This document shows, one piece after another, positions 32,259-41,911 of a stretch of 64,000 bases of DNA. Numbering within the stretch: position 1 is the stretch's first letter; each line of letters begins with the position of its first letter. This DNA is from an uncultured Ulvibacter sp. GTDB taxonomy: Bacteria > Bacteroidota > Bacteroidia > Flavobacteriales > Flavobacteriaceae. The stretch is taken from the NCBI GenBank assembly GCA_943789105.1, contig CALSSW010000004.1:59365-123364 (forward strand), given 5' to 3'. Both the position numbers and the translations under genes were made by a program. The notes under the pieces are model-generated. The model worked only from the letters and a program-made list of their open reading frames with translations. It was not told the origin of the DNA and did no database searches.

Positions 32259-35200
32259 ATGCAAAAGAAACTAGCTTCCATTATATTTTCTACCCGTTTA
32301 ACGGCTACTTTATTTATTGTTTTTGCAATAGCAATGGCTGTTGGTACCCTGGTTGATGCCTCTTCAGAGACTTCGCCAACACCATATTCTCGAGCACTCA
32401 TATACAATGCATGGTGGTTTGAAGCTATTATGGGGTTGTTTGTGGTTAATTTTCTAGGAAATATTGTTCGCTTTAAAATGTTTAGTAAAGAAAAAGCGAC
32501 AACCCTAGTGATACACTTGTCTTTTATACTTATTCTAGTAGGCGCATTTGTAACAAGATATATTGGTTATGAGGGTGTTATGCAAATAAATGAGGGAGAC
32601 ACCTCCAACGAGATACTCTCTGAGTTTGCCTATTTAAATGTTTTTATTGATGGAGATTATGTCATTGATGGCCAACAACAGCGCCTTAAATTAGCGCCAA
32701 AAAAAATGGACCTCTCCCAGAGATTAAACAATCAGTTTTCTATAAATAAAACGTACAACCAGACTCCTGTAACAATCTCCTACAAAGATTTCATTAAAGG
32801 TGCCACTAAAGGAATGGTTGAAGACCCTAGTGGAGAAGGATACCTTAAAATTGTTGAAGCAGGTGATGGGACCCGTCATGATCATTATGTAAAAGTAGGA
32901 GAGGTTTCCAATATTCATAACATTTTATTTGCTATAAATAAACCAACCAAAGGCGCCATTAATATATTCTATGATGAGCAATCTCAGGGGTATCAAATAC
33001 AATCATCTTTTGGGGGTGAGTATATGCGTATGGCAGATCAACAAAAAGGTATTGTTATAAAAGACAGCCTCCAAAATTTGCAACTACGCTCGCTCTATCA
33101 AATGGCAGACATGACATTTGTAATTCCAGACCCAGTGGTTAATGGGCGTATGGGCATTATAAAAGCCACTAAAGATGCTCCTGCTGTAACCAATGCGTTG
33201 ATACTAAATGTTAGCTCTGGTGGCCAAACAAAGACCTTAGAACTTCTAGGAGGTAGAGGCTCTACACCAAGTCCCGTGAAGGTTGATATAAATGGTCTTG
33301 AGGTATATGCTACCTACGGAAGTAAAACAATAGAATTGCCTTTTAGTATCACCCTCAATGATTTTATTGCCGAGAAATACCCCGGCACAGAAAAAAGTTA
33401 CAAATCTTTTAAGAGTAAAGTGACTGTTAATAGTGCCGATGGAACATTTCAAGAAGAAGAAATTTTTATGAATAACGTCTTAGATAAAGATGGATTCCGC
33501 TTTTTCCAGTCTGGATTTCAGCCAGATGAAAAAGGGACTATTTTAGCTGTAAACCACGATATGTGGGGAACTTGGATTACCTACATAGGGTATTTCTTTT
33601 TATATTTTGGACTTATGGCAATTTTGTTTGATAGAAATTCCAGATTTGGTAATCTCAAAAAGTATTTAGACAAAATAAAGAAAAAGAAGAAATTGCTGGT
33701 AAGCCTTTTGATGTTCTTGGTAAGTACCATTGCAATAGGCCAGATAGATAGCCACAATCACCTTAATCCTGTTACCACACAAATAGACTCTTTAATTAAC
33801 GCCAATGCAGTTTCTAAAGAGCACGCTGCAGCCTTTGCCCGTTTGGTAATACAAGACAATGGCCGCATGAAGCCAATAAGTACTTTTGCAAGTGAATTGA
33901 TACGTAAGGTGAGTGGAAGTGACTCCTACAATGGTCTAGATGCAAATCAAGTGTTTATGTCTGTAACACAATTTCCAAGACTGTGGTCTCAGGTACCCAT
34001 GATTAAGTTAAAGAGAGGTAATGACAGCATACGAGATATTGTAGGAGTTCCTAAAGGCACAAAAACAATAGCCTTAATAGATTTGTTTGACCAGGATGTT
34101 AATTTCAAGCTAGATCCATACCTAGAGGCTGCTACCTCTACAAATACTCCTAATCAATTTCAAAAAGATTTTATTAAGGCCTATGAGAGCTATTACATAT
34201 TCAATCAAGCCTTAGGAGGTAGTATTTTAAAGATATTTCCAGTACCCGCAGACCTAGGTAACAAATGGGTGTCTTACCCAGAACTCAACCAAAGCGCCAT
34301 TAAAGGGCAAGATTCTATGTTTACAAAAACTGCCTTACCTTTATACTTTAATAGCCTAAGTGCTGCAAAGGCAAGTAATGATTATACAAAGCCAACTGAA
34401 ATATTAAACCTAATTAGAGCTTACCAGAAAAAACATGGTAGTGAGGTGCTTCCAAGTGATTCAAAAATTAGCGCAGAGATAGCCTATAACAAAATAAATA
34501 TTTTTAATAGACTGTTTCGTTACTTCACAGCCTTTGGTGTATTGATGTTTATTGGTATTATCATACAAATATTTAAAGAAGGACCTCTTGTAAATGGCTT
34601 TGTTAAAGTTTGTAAAGTAGTTATTTGGTCTTTCTTTGTTGCCATGACCCTTGGGCTAATTGCACGCTGGTACATCTCTGGACATGCCCCTTGGACAGAT
34701 GCCTATGAATCTATTATATATGTGGCTTGGGCTACTGTATTTTTTGGCTTGGCATTTGGAAGGAAAAGTGATCTTACAGTTGCCTCTACTGCTTTTGTTG
34801 CAGCTATTATATTATGGGTAGCCAATCAAAACTGGCTTGATCCTGCTATATCAACACTAGTACCTGTACTTGATAGCTATTGGCTTATGATACACGTTGC
34901 GGTTATTGTGGCTAGTTATGGACCCTTTACTCTAGGTATGATATTGGGTGTTACCGTTCTAATACTAATGATACTAACCAATAGCGCTAACAAAGCAAAA
35001 ATGGATTTAAACATTAAAGAACTAACTACCATTAATGAAATGGCCTTAACTGTTGGTCTTGTGATGCTTACCATAGGTAATTTTTTGGGCGGTCAATGGG
35101 CAAATGAGAGTTGGGGACGTTACTGGGGTTGGGATCCTAAAGAGACTTGGGCGCTTATTAGTATTATGATATATGCCTTTGTTATACACATGCGACTCGT

Positions 35201-35429
35201 TCCTGGTCTTCGAGGAAAATGGATTTATAACGTGGCCTCTATTGCAGCGTACGGTTCTATAATGATGACCTATTTTGGAGTTAACTTCTATTTAACTGGT
35301 TTGCATTCTTATGCAAGTGGAGATGTACCCGTTACTCCCTCTTTTGTATATTATCTAGTAGCATTTTTAGTTGTATTGGCTATTGTGTCATATCTTTTTT
35401 ATAAAAAACAGTACATAAAAAAAGGATAG
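32259..35429 (+). CDS. ccsA: System II cytochrome c biogenesis protein (ResB-CcsA fusion)
   Basis: WGRYWGWDPKETW WWD motif, WLMIHV, GLHSYA, N-terminal ResB-like region. Confidence 0.95.
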   Translation: MQKKLASIIFSTRLTATLFIVFAIAMAVGTLVDASSETSPTPYSRALIYNAWWFEAIMGLFVVNFLGNIVRFKMFSKEKATTLVIHLSFILILVGAFVTRYIGYEGVMQINEGDTSNEILSEFAYLNVFIDGDYVIDGQQQRLKLAPKKMDLSQRLNNQFSINKTYNQTPVTISYKDFIKGATKGMVEDPSGEGYLKIVEAGDGTRHDHYVKVGEVSNIHNILFAINKPTKGAINIFYDEQSQGYQIQSSFGGEYMRMADQQKGIVIKDSLQNLQLRSLYQMADMTFVIPDPVVNGRMGIIKATKDAPAVTNALILNVSSGGQTKTLELLGGRGSTPSPVKVDINGLEVYATYGSKTIELPFSITLNDFIAEKYPGTEKSYKSFKSKVTVNSADGTFQEEEIFMNNVLDKDGFRFFQSGFQPDEKGTILAVNHDMWGTWITYIGYFFLYFGLMAILFDRNSRFGNLKKYLDKIKKKKKLLVSLLMFLVSTIAIGQIDSHNHLNPVTTQIDSLINANAVSKEHAAAFARLVIQDNGRMKPISTFASELIRKVSGSDSYNGLDANQVFMSVTQFPRLWSQVPMIKLKRGNDSIRDIVGVPKGTKTIALIDLFDQDVNFKLDPYLEAATSTNTPNQFQKDFIKAYESYYIFNQALGGSILKIFPVPADLGNKWVSYPELNQSAIKGQDSMFTKTALPLYFNSLSAAKASNDYTKPTEILNLIRAYQKKHGSEVLPSDSKISAEIAYNKINIFNRLFRYFTAFGVLMFIGIIIQIFKEGPLVNGFVKVCKVVIWSFFVAMTLGLIARWYISGHAPWTDAYESIIYVAWATVFFGLAFGRKSDLTVASTAFVAAIILWVANQNWLDPAISTLVPVLDSYWLMIHVAVIVASYGPFTLGMILGVTVLILMILTNSANKAKMDLNIKELTTINEMALTVGLVMLTIGNFLGGQWANESWGRYWGWDPKETWALISIMIYAFVIHMRLVPGLRGKWIYNVASIAAYGSIMMTYFGVNFYLTGLHSYASGDVPVTPSFVYYLVAFLVVLAIVSYLFYKKQYIKKG

Positions 35430-35448
35430 ACCTAAGGTCTATCCTTTT
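35420..35448. terminator. Bidirectional terminator overlapping the ccsA stop codon
   Basis: AAAAGGATAGACC-TAA-GGTCTATCCTTTT perfect inverted repeat. Confidence 0.85.
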
Positions 35449-35468
35449 AAAACAATAACAAACTTTAC

Positions 35469-36647
35469 TTAGTTATATAAAAAATCTGGTTGTAGATTAA
35501 GAAGATTAACATCTTCTTGAACAGCCTCTTCAATCTGTATTTTATGGTATAGGCTTCTTGTCATTTCTTCAATCTCTATCTCTGATGTATTCAGCTTTTT
35601 GGCGATTTTTTTGTTTTCTTTTCCTTCGCTAATGTATTGCAATAGCTTTATTTCTATACCGTCAAGATCGTACTGCATGATTAGATTTTCTAAATACATT
35701 TCTTCGGTTATTTTTATAATATTGTCTCGCTCCATCATTTTTTCTTTATTTAAAAATATTTCCATTTCTGTTTTACGTGCTGCTGTTTCTTCTTTAATAT
35801 CTTTCATTCTATATAGTATGGCATATGTCATTAGCAGTACGTTAATGAAAAATGAAGCCTTTACTATTGTCAATGAGACGTTTAAAAAATTAACACCTAT
35901 TACTTGTAAAACGAAGTAATCTAGCACTAGCATTAATGGTATTGCCATACCTAGCACATAAAATTTTGAATAATTGTTTTTTAAGAATAACAAAATACCG
36001 CCTCCGAAGTAGCATGTCAATAGGGTGAAGGCTATAATGTTTACAGCTACGGGCAACATTGCATTATCAACAAACCAGTGTGTTACAGACAATCCTGCAG
36101 CAACTAAAAACAGAGGTGTAGTAAATGTTTTTAATTTTGGAAAGTATTCTTTTATTGTTAGATACTGAGATGAATACAAGGCTACAAGACCTGCGGTAGC
36201 GCAAAGTATAGTTGTAGTAACGGCAGTACCTTTAAATAAGTTGTCTTGAAACAATATACTTGAGAGGTTGTCTTCGCCAAAAAATAGTAGTACTGTTCCT
36301 GTCACTGCCAATCCAAAGTATCCAAAGATTTTCTCTTCGAATAAAAAGAAGCTTACTATGTTTAAAAGTAAGATGATGCTAATTGCTCCATAAAAGCTAC
36401 CTTTTAAAAACAAGCTAGCTGTTGTATTGGCTTCACTTTTTTGTGACACCTCTCTTACAATAGATGTAGCTTTTAAAGGCAAAGCCATCGCAGTGATACT
36501 TGTAGAGTTACTTACACTAGATAATAGTGAACTTTGCGTAATTTGTTCTTTGTTTTTGTTATCTGCTTTTGCTGTTACAGTACCATAGCTAAATAGGCAC
36601 AAAAGTAAAAACAAACAAAACTTGGGGGCATTCGTTTGATGTTTCAT
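35469..36647 (-). CDS. 7TM-DISM-like membrane protein with C-terminal LuxR-type HTH
   Basis: Signal-like N-terminus, GSFYG...LLN...F 7TM start, about 7 TMs, C-terminal E..LLQYISEGKENKKIAKKLNTSE...LYHKI. Confidence 0.7.
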   Translation of the reverse strand: MKHQTNAPKFCLFLLLCLFSYGTVTAKADNKNKEQITQSSLLSSVSNSTSITAMALPLKATSIVREVSQKSEANTTASLFLKGSFYGAISIILLLNIVSFFLFEEKIFGYFGLAVTGTVLLFFGEDNLSSILFQDNLFKGTAVTTTILCATAGLVALYSSQYLTIKEYFPKLKTFTTPLFLVAAGLSVTHWFVDNAMLPVAVNIIAFTLLTCYFGGGILLFLKNNYSKFYVLGMAIPLMLVLDYFVLQVIGVNFLNVSLTIVKASFFINVLLMTYAILYRMKDIKEETAARKTEMEIFLNKEKMMERDNIIKITEEMYLENLIMQYDLDGIEIKLLQYISEGKENKKIAKKLNTSEIEIEEMTRSLYHKIQIEEAVQEDVNLLNLQPDFLYN

Positions 36648-36712
36648 AATAGTAGGTTTATTTTATTTGGGACCCGCAAGATACGAAACATTTACACTTT
36701 AACTAATAAATA

Positions 36713-36734
36713 TGCATTTAATCGATGAAATGCA
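36713..36734. promoter_or_regulatory. 22-bp palindromic operator candidate
   Basis: TGCATTTA-ATCGAT-GAAATGCA (one mismatched pair), upstream of the promoter of the 7TM-HTH gene. Confidence 0.55.
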
Positions 36735-36735
36735 C

Positions 36736-36771
36736 AAAAAAAGAGTTTCACGTATATCTGAAACTCTTTTT
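36736..36771 (-). terminator. Intrinsic terminator of fumC
   Basis: AAAAAAAGAGTTTCA-CGTATATC-TGAAACTCTTTTT. Confidence 0.85.
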
Positions 36772-36791
36772 ACATTCTATTTAATTGGTTT

Positions 36792-38186
36792 TTAGTGCCC
36801 TACCATATCTTCTGGTTTTACCCAAGCGTCAAACTCATCTTCACTTAAATATCCTAGATTTACAGCCTCCTGCTTAAGGGTAGTTCCATTTTTATGAGCT
36901 GTATTTGCTATTTCTGCTGCTTTGTAATAGCCTATTTTGGTGTTTAAAGCGGTAACAAGCATTAGAGAGTTGTTTAATTGTTGGTCAATTACAGCTTCGT
37001 TGGCTTTAATACCACTTGCGCAATGCGCCTCAAAAGATAGGCAAGCATCACCCAGTAGCTGTGCAGATTCCAACATGTTTGAGGCCATAACGGGCTTAAA
37101 GACGTTTAGTTCATAATGTCCTTGCATACCACCAACTGCTATTGCCATGTCATTACCTATTACTTGCGCGCATACCATGGTGAGCGCCTCACACTGAGTA
37201 GGGTTCACTTTACCTGGCATGATAGAAGATCCAGGTTCATTGGCAGGAATCGCTATTTCTCCAATACCACTTCTAGGTCCACTTGCAAGCATTCTTATGT
37301 CATTGGCTATTTTGTTAAGAGATACTGCCAATTGTTTTAATGCCCCATGAGATTCAACAATGGCATCATGAGCAGCTAATGCTTCAAATTTGTTTGTTGC
37401 AGTAATTAAAGAAAGGCCAGTAAATTTTGCAATATGTGCTGCTACATTATCTGAGTAGCCCTTAGGGGTGTTAATACCGGTGCCTACGGCAGTTCCTCCT
37501 AGTGCCAATTGAGATAAGTGTGGTAAGGTGTTTTTTAATGCCATAAGCCCATGCTCTAATTGAGAGGCATAACCGCTAAATTCTTGCCCAAGGGTTAGGG
37601 GAGTGGCGTCCATTAAGTGTGTACGTCCAATCTTGACAATTTTATCAAACCCTTTAGACTTTGCAAACAAGGTGTTGTATAATTTGGTAACACCTGGAAT
37701 GGTATGTTCTATGAGTTTTTTATAAGATGCAATATGCATTGCAGTAGGAAAAGTATCGTTTGATGATTGTGATTTATTAACATCATCATTGGGTTGTAGT
37801 GTTTTTTCTCCCTGGCCAATAGTTTTTCCTGCCAATTGATGTGCACGATTTGCGATTACCTCATTAACGTTCATGTTACTTTGGGTACCACTACCGGTTT
37901 GCCAAATAACAAGCGGGAATTGAGCATCGTGTTTCCCTTCAAGGATTTCATCACATGCCGCGGCTATGAGATCTCTTTTAACCTCAGGAAGGCCTCCCAA
38001 TTCACAGTTAGAAAATGCAGCTGCTTTTTTTAAATACGCAAAGCCATAAATAATCTCTAGAGGCATAGAACCTGGTCTTCCAATCTTAAAGTTATTTATA
38101 GAACGCTGTGTTTGTGCTCCCCATAATACATTAGAGGACACTTTAACCTCACCCATTGTATCTTTTTCTATTCTAAAATCTTCCAT
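36792..38186 (-). CDS. fumC: Class II fumarate hydratase
   Basis: [27 protein letters not shown] signature. Confidence 0.98.
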   Translation of the reverse strand: MEDFRIEKDTMGEVKVSSNVLWGAQTQRSINNFKIGRPGSMPLEIIYGFAYLKKAAAFSNCELGGLPEVKRDLIAAACDEILEGKHDAQFPLVIWQTGSGTQSNMNVNEVIANRAHQLAGKTIGQGEKTLQPNDDVNKSQSSNDTFPTAMHIASYKKLIEHTIPGVTKLYNTLFAKSKGFDKIVKIGRTHLMDATPLTLGQEFSGYASQLEHGLMALKNTLPHLSQLALGGTAVGTGINTPKGYSDNVAAHIAKFTGLSLITATNKFEALAAHDAIVESHGALKQLAVSLNKIANDIRMLASGPRSGIGEIAIPANEPGSSIMPGKVNPTQCEALTMVCAQVIGNDMAIAVGGMQGHYELNVFKPVMASNMLESAQLLGDACLSFEAHCASGIKANEAVIDQQLNNSLMLVTALNTKIGYYKAAEIANTAHKNGTTLKQEAVNLGYLSEDEFDAWVKPEDMVGH

Positions 38187-38357
38187 AAGTAAAAACTTTA
38201 TATATTACAAAAATACTAGTTTATAGGAGTTTAGTTGTATATATATGGAGTATTATTTGTGCCTTTCACTCTATAAGTTGTTTTTTTTGTTTTTGAGTAC
38301 TTTAATCTTTCAGAAATAAAAAAATCAGTTTATCTTTGTAAATATAAATACTATATT

Positions 38358-38525
38358 ATGTTCGATTTTGATCAGTACCTGGGATTCCTTGCTTTTTTAA
38401 CAATATTGACCATTGGTTTTTGGCTCATGATATTCTTGGTTTCAATCATCCCTTATTGGATTGGTGGAGCACTCATAGAAAACATGAAGCTCAAACGAGA
38501 AGCAAAAAACAAAACAGACAAGTAA
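38358..38525 (+). CDS. 55-aa small membrane protein (not in the ORF track)
   Basis: MFDFDQYLGFLAFLTILTIGFWLMIFLVSIIPYWIGGALIENMKLKREAKNKTDK*; TATCTTTG promoter at 38331 and a terminator directly downstream. Confidence 0.85.
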   Translation: MFDFDQYLGFLAFLTILTIGFWLMIFLVSIIPYWIGGALIENMKLKREAKNKTDK

Positions 38526-38540
38526 TCACTTGTATCATAT

Positions 38541-38579
38541 AAAAAAAAGGCCAATGAGTATATCATTGGCCCTTTTTTT
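38541..38579. terminator. Bidirectional intrinsic terminator
   Basis: AAAAAAAAGGCCAATGA-GTATA-TCATTGGCCCTTTTTTT. Confidence 0.85.
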
Positions 38580-38593
38580 ATGTTAGCATTTTT

Positions 38594-39256
38594 TTATTTT
38601 TTAACAACCTTTATGGTTTGAAAAATATTCTGGTCATTGCTAAGTTGTACAAAGTAAATACCAGATGGCATATCTGCCATAGATATTCTAGTTGTTTGTG
38701 CAGCGATTTTTCTTTTTTTCACACTTCGACCTCTTTTGTCATAAACAGTCATATTTAAACTTTCTAAAGATATAAGCTCAAAATAGCCGTCAATTAAGGT
38801 TGGTTTGATGGTTATATCTAGTGGTTGGTTTTCTTGACCTCCCAGTGTTGTTGGATTGTTTCCATAAAGAAACTCCCATCTACCCGAACTATTAATGGGG
38901 TCCCAAAATAATACATCTTCAACAAAGCAGGCTACCTCGGCTGTCTCATTAATAAGCTCGGCAGAAATATTCATGGTTTGTGTAGTAGGAATATCATGAT
39001 AAAAATCGAAGCGGTCCTCATCAATTAGGGTTTCTTGAGCAATAACGACACCCTGGTTATCTGTAACGATCCATGTGATGGCATTTTCTTCTCTAGGATT
39101 TGTTAAGTAGTGTCCTGAGTGGTATATATCAATATGATCTTCAATAGAGCCTACATTAACTACCCAGGTTTTTTGCTCGCATGGTATGTCTGGTTGCGCA
39201 TTTGTTGTTTGTGTTAGTCCTGCAACAATAAAAAGTGTGAGTAAAAATTTTTTCAT
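38594..39256 (-). CDS. Small T9SS type-A sorting-domain secreted protein
   Basis: Signal peptide; C-terminal VYD..GR....MPSGIYFVQL....TIKVVKK CTD. Confidence 0.8.
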   Translation of the reverse strand: MKKFLLTLFIVAGLTQTTNAQPDIPCEQKTWVVNVGSIEDHIDIYHSGHYLTNPREENAITWIVTDNQGVVIAQETLIDEDRFDFYHDIPTTQTMNISAELINETAEVACFVEDVLFWDPINSSGRWEFLYGNNPTTLGGQENQPLDITIKPTLIDGYFELISLESLNMTVYDKRGRSVKKRKIAAQTTRISMADMPSGIYFVQLSNDQNIFQTIKVVKK

Positions 39257-39374
39257 GGTATAAGTAGTTTGTTATTTATAGTATAAAGATGCAATAATTT
39301 TATGTTAACTACTTCACGGCAACACGTGAAATATTTAAATCCACAGCTATTTGTGAAAATAAGCTTCGATTTAT

Positions 39375-39761
39375 TTAAGGTATCACTTGTACCTTTAACT
39401 CTATTTTTGCTATTTCACAAGCACGTTTAATACACCTTAAATATGTTAGGAGATTTGGGTCTTTCTCTAAAGGTTTAGTGAAAAACACAATTTCACTTAT
39501 ATCCTTGGTAGCTATTTGAGATGCCATTACACCCGAGTGGCTTTCTACTTCTGTCTGGTCAAGCAGGTGATCATAATAATTTATTTGCTGATGCGCCTCT
39601 ACAAGGCCATACTTTCCTGAGAGAATTACAAACTTAGTGTTTTGGCTCTTTGCTAATTTAAATACTTTAGAAATTCTCTCACTGTCATACAACTGTATAG
39701 CCAGCATGGTTTTTCTTGAGTAGTTTTTTTGAGCAGAACAATACGTAGCGTACGCAATCAT
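39375..39761 (-). CDS. DUF6884-like protein
   Basis: CS..K......A..LY.S.......A......ILSGKYGL......I..YD..L pattern, recognised from memory. Confidence 0.65.
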   Translation of the reverse strand: MIAYATYCSAQKNYSRKTMLAIQLYDSERISKVFKLAKSQNTKFVILSGKYGLVEAHQQINYYDHLLDQTEVESHSGVMASQIATKDISEIVFFTKPLEKDPNLLTYLRCIKRACEIAKIELKVQVIP

Positions 39762-39767
39762 ATTTTA

Positions 39768-39935
39768 TTATTTTTTCCAAGTTCCACCATAGCTGTAGGA
39801 TGGATTGTCTTTTTTTACAGTAAGCAAACAATCCTTACAAACAAAAACCCATTTTTTAGGATTTTTATATTGTACCCTAAACATTGTAGAAAAGTCTTTG
39901 CTACAAACCTCGCAGTGTTTTTTTCTCTCTTTCAT
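39768..39935 (-). CDS. 55-aa CxxC/CxxC zinc-finger-like microprotein (not in the ORF track)
   Basis: Manual translation: MKERKKHCEVCSKDFSTMFRVQYKNPKKWVFVCKDCLLTVKKDNPSYSYGGTWKK*; fills the gap between arsC and the DUF6884-like gene. Confidence 0.85.
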   Translation of the reverse strand: MKERKKHCEVCSKDFSTMFRVQYKNPKKWVFVCKDCLLTVKKDNPSYSYGGTWKK

Positions 39936-39959
39936 TTTTGGTCATGTAGTGAAAAAAAC

Positions 39960-40301
39960 TTAGAGGACCTTTAATACCTCTTGAGGTGGTCTTCCTATTA
40001 CTGCTTTGCCATTTTTTATAGCGATAGGCCGCTGCATGAGTTTTGGGTTGTTAACCATAGCGGTGATAAGCTGAACTTCTGTTAGTGTTTTGCCCTTGTA
40101 GTTTTCTTTCCAGACAGCTTCGTTTTTTCTGACAAGATCCAGGGCAGAAACTCCTAATTGTTGGAGTATTTTTTTTAAAGCATCTTTACTAAGGGGATCT
40201 TTTAAGTACAATACAATCTCAACAGGCTCATTTGTCTGCTGTAATATTTGTAGTGCCTCTCTGGATTTTCTGCAACGGGGGTTATGATATAGCGTGGTCA
40301 T
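39960..40301 (-). CDS. arsC: Arsenate reductase (glutaredoxin type) / ArsC family
   Basis: YHNPRCRKSR, LMQRPI, GRPP. Confidence 0.88.
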   Translation of the reverse strand: MTTLYHNPRCRKSREALQILQQTNEPVEIVLYLKDPLSKDALKKILQQLGVSALDLVRKNEAVWKENYKGKTLTEVQLITAMVNNPKLMQRPIAIKNGKAVIGRPPQEVLKVL

Positions 40302-40310
40302 GGTTTTGTT

Positions 40311-40784
40311 TTATTTTAAACGTTGCATATCTTCTCTGTAGTCATACTGCAAATCTTCATGCAAGGTCTCAATTTTCTTATCAATAAGCTGTATTTGCCT
40401 ATCATATAAGTTGTGAAGAGTTATGTTTCTAGTAATTGACGGCTTAAAAGTAATAAGGCGCTCACAAAAATGAAGTAAAATAGCAACCTCTGTTTCTTTA
40501 TCATTTGAATACCGAATGTATTTTTTTACATTTTTTAATATTTTACGCACACTCTTTTTAAGATAGTAAAAGTTAGTGTTTGTAATACTGTTAAACTCAT
40601 CATCAATGGTTTCTTTGATATGTGTGATGTATCCTTGCTCATCATCTGCCTCAAACAATAAATAGGTGAGTAGTTCTTTATTTTCTTTTTTAAAACGTCC
40701 CAATCGCAAACACAACTCCTCTATATCTTGAGAAGAACGAAGTTTTAATTCTTTTTTTATTTGTGCTAAGCTAGCGGCTTTCAA
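40311..40784 (-). CDS. Conserved Bacteroidota hypothetical protein
   Basis: MKAASL..IKKEL, LCLRL.RFKKENKELLTYLLFE, LHEDLQYDY; TTG start chosen. Confidence 0.75.
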   Translation of the reverse strand: MKAASLAQIKKELKLRSSQDIEELCLRLGRFKKENKELLTYLLFEADDEQGYITHIKETIDDEFNSITNTNFYYLKKSVRKILKNVKKYIRYSNDKETEVAILLHFCERLITFKPSITRNITLHNLYDRQIQLIDKKIETLHEDLQYDYREDMQRLK

Positions 40785-40862
40785 TAGATGTGTTTTAAAC
40801 AAATATATAACAAGCCAAGCAGTTTTTTAGAAATACCAATTTAAAAAATAATTAAATTATGT

Positions 40863-41444
40863 CTAGCCGTGTATAGTCTGCTGCTTACCATAGTTTTTTA
40901 TAATCTCTCCTTCAAAATCTATGAGGTCTTGCCATCTTTTTTCAACATCAATTCCTTGACCATATTTTCTAGCAAACCCCAAAAAAGTGGTGTAATGACC
41001 AGCCTCGCTTATCATGAGTTCTCTATAAAATGCAGAGAGCTTTTCGTCCTTAATGCGCTCGCTTAGAAGTTTAAATCGCTCACAGCTGCGAGCCTCAATC
41101 ATTGCAGAGAATAGAAGCCTATCTACCATGGCCTGTTGCCTGCTGCCTCCATTACACGTAAATTGAAATAATTGATTTACATAATGATCTTTACGCTCTC
41201 TCCCTAGTTTGTAACCTCTTTCTTTGATGATGTTGTGTACCATCTCAAAATGTTCTAATTCTTCTTGGGCTAGTTTTAATAAATCTGTCACTAAATCTTC
41301 AAGATGGCTATTTAGAGTAATAATGGTAATGGCATTGGTAGCTGCTTTTTGCTCACACCATGCATGATCTGTTAGTATTTCTTCAAGATTGCTTTCTGCG
41401 ATAGTTACCCATCTTGGATCTGTAGCGAGTTTAAGATTAAGCAT
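40863..41444 (-). CDS. miaE: tRNA-(ms2io6A) hydroxylase MiaE-like diiron protein
   Basis: DHAWCEQKAA, EELEHF, IEARSCERF, SEAGHY. Confidence 0.9.
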   Translation of the reverse strand: MLNLKLATDPRWVTIAESNLEEILTDHAWCEQKAATNAITIITLNSHLEDLVTDLLKLAQEELEHFEMVHNIIKERGYKLGRERKDHYVNQLFQFTCNGGSRQQAMVDRLLFSAMIEARSCERFKLLSERIKDEKLSAFYRELMISEAGHYTTFLGFARKYGQGIDVEKRWQDLIDFEGEIIKNYGKQQTIHG

Positions 41445-41452
41445 AGTGTATA

Positions 41453-41908
41453 TTATTTTTTTAAATTTCGTAATCCTTCATATACCACAATGCTTACGGC
41501 ATTTGCCAAATTCAAGCTTCTTATATGCTCGCTGTATAAAGGTATTTTATAGTGTTGTGTTGGGTGGTTTTTTAAAATTTCAGCAGAAAGTCCAACAGAT
41601 TCTTTCCCGAAGATTAAAAACAAATCATCCTCAAAGGGGATTTCTAAATAATTTTTGGTGGCATTACTAGATAAAAAGGCCATTTTTTTTGTGCCGTGCT
41701 GCTTAAAAAAATCTTCTACGCTCTCATATATAGTACACTTTATGTGTTTCCAGTAGTCTAGCCCTGCACGTTTTAACCTACTGTCACTAAGCTCAAAGCC
41801 AAAGGGTTTTACTAGATGTAGATGAGATGCAGTGCCTAGGCTAATTCTGCCAATGTTTCCTGTGTTGTTTGGTATTTCGGGTTCTATAAGAACAATGTTA
41901 TAAGGCAT
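41453..41908 (-). CDS. trmL: tRNA (cytidine/uridine-34-2'-O)-methyltransferase
   Basis: PEIPNNTGNIGR, RAGLDYW, FGKESVGL, RSLNLAN. Confidence 0.95.
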   Translation of the reverse strand: MPYNIVLIEPEIPNNTGNIGRISLGTASHLHLVKPFGFELSDSRLKRAGLDYWKHIKCTIYESVEDFFKQHGTKKMAFLSSNATKNYLEIPFEDDLFLIFGKESVGLSAEILKNHPTQHYKIPLYSEHIRSLNLANAVSIVVYEGLRNLKK

Positions 41909-41911
41909 ATT

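Noticed and set aside
36745-39333. parS-like half sites (GTTTCACGT at about 36745; CACGTGAAA at about 39323), given parAB in the window
   Set aside because: Neither forms the 16-bp TGTTTCACGTGAAACA palindrome; the first is a terminator stem.
39729-39974. 81-aa plus-strand ORF in the ORF track
   Set aside because: Antisense to the much more convincing CxxC/CxxC microprotein that fits the minus-strand operon.
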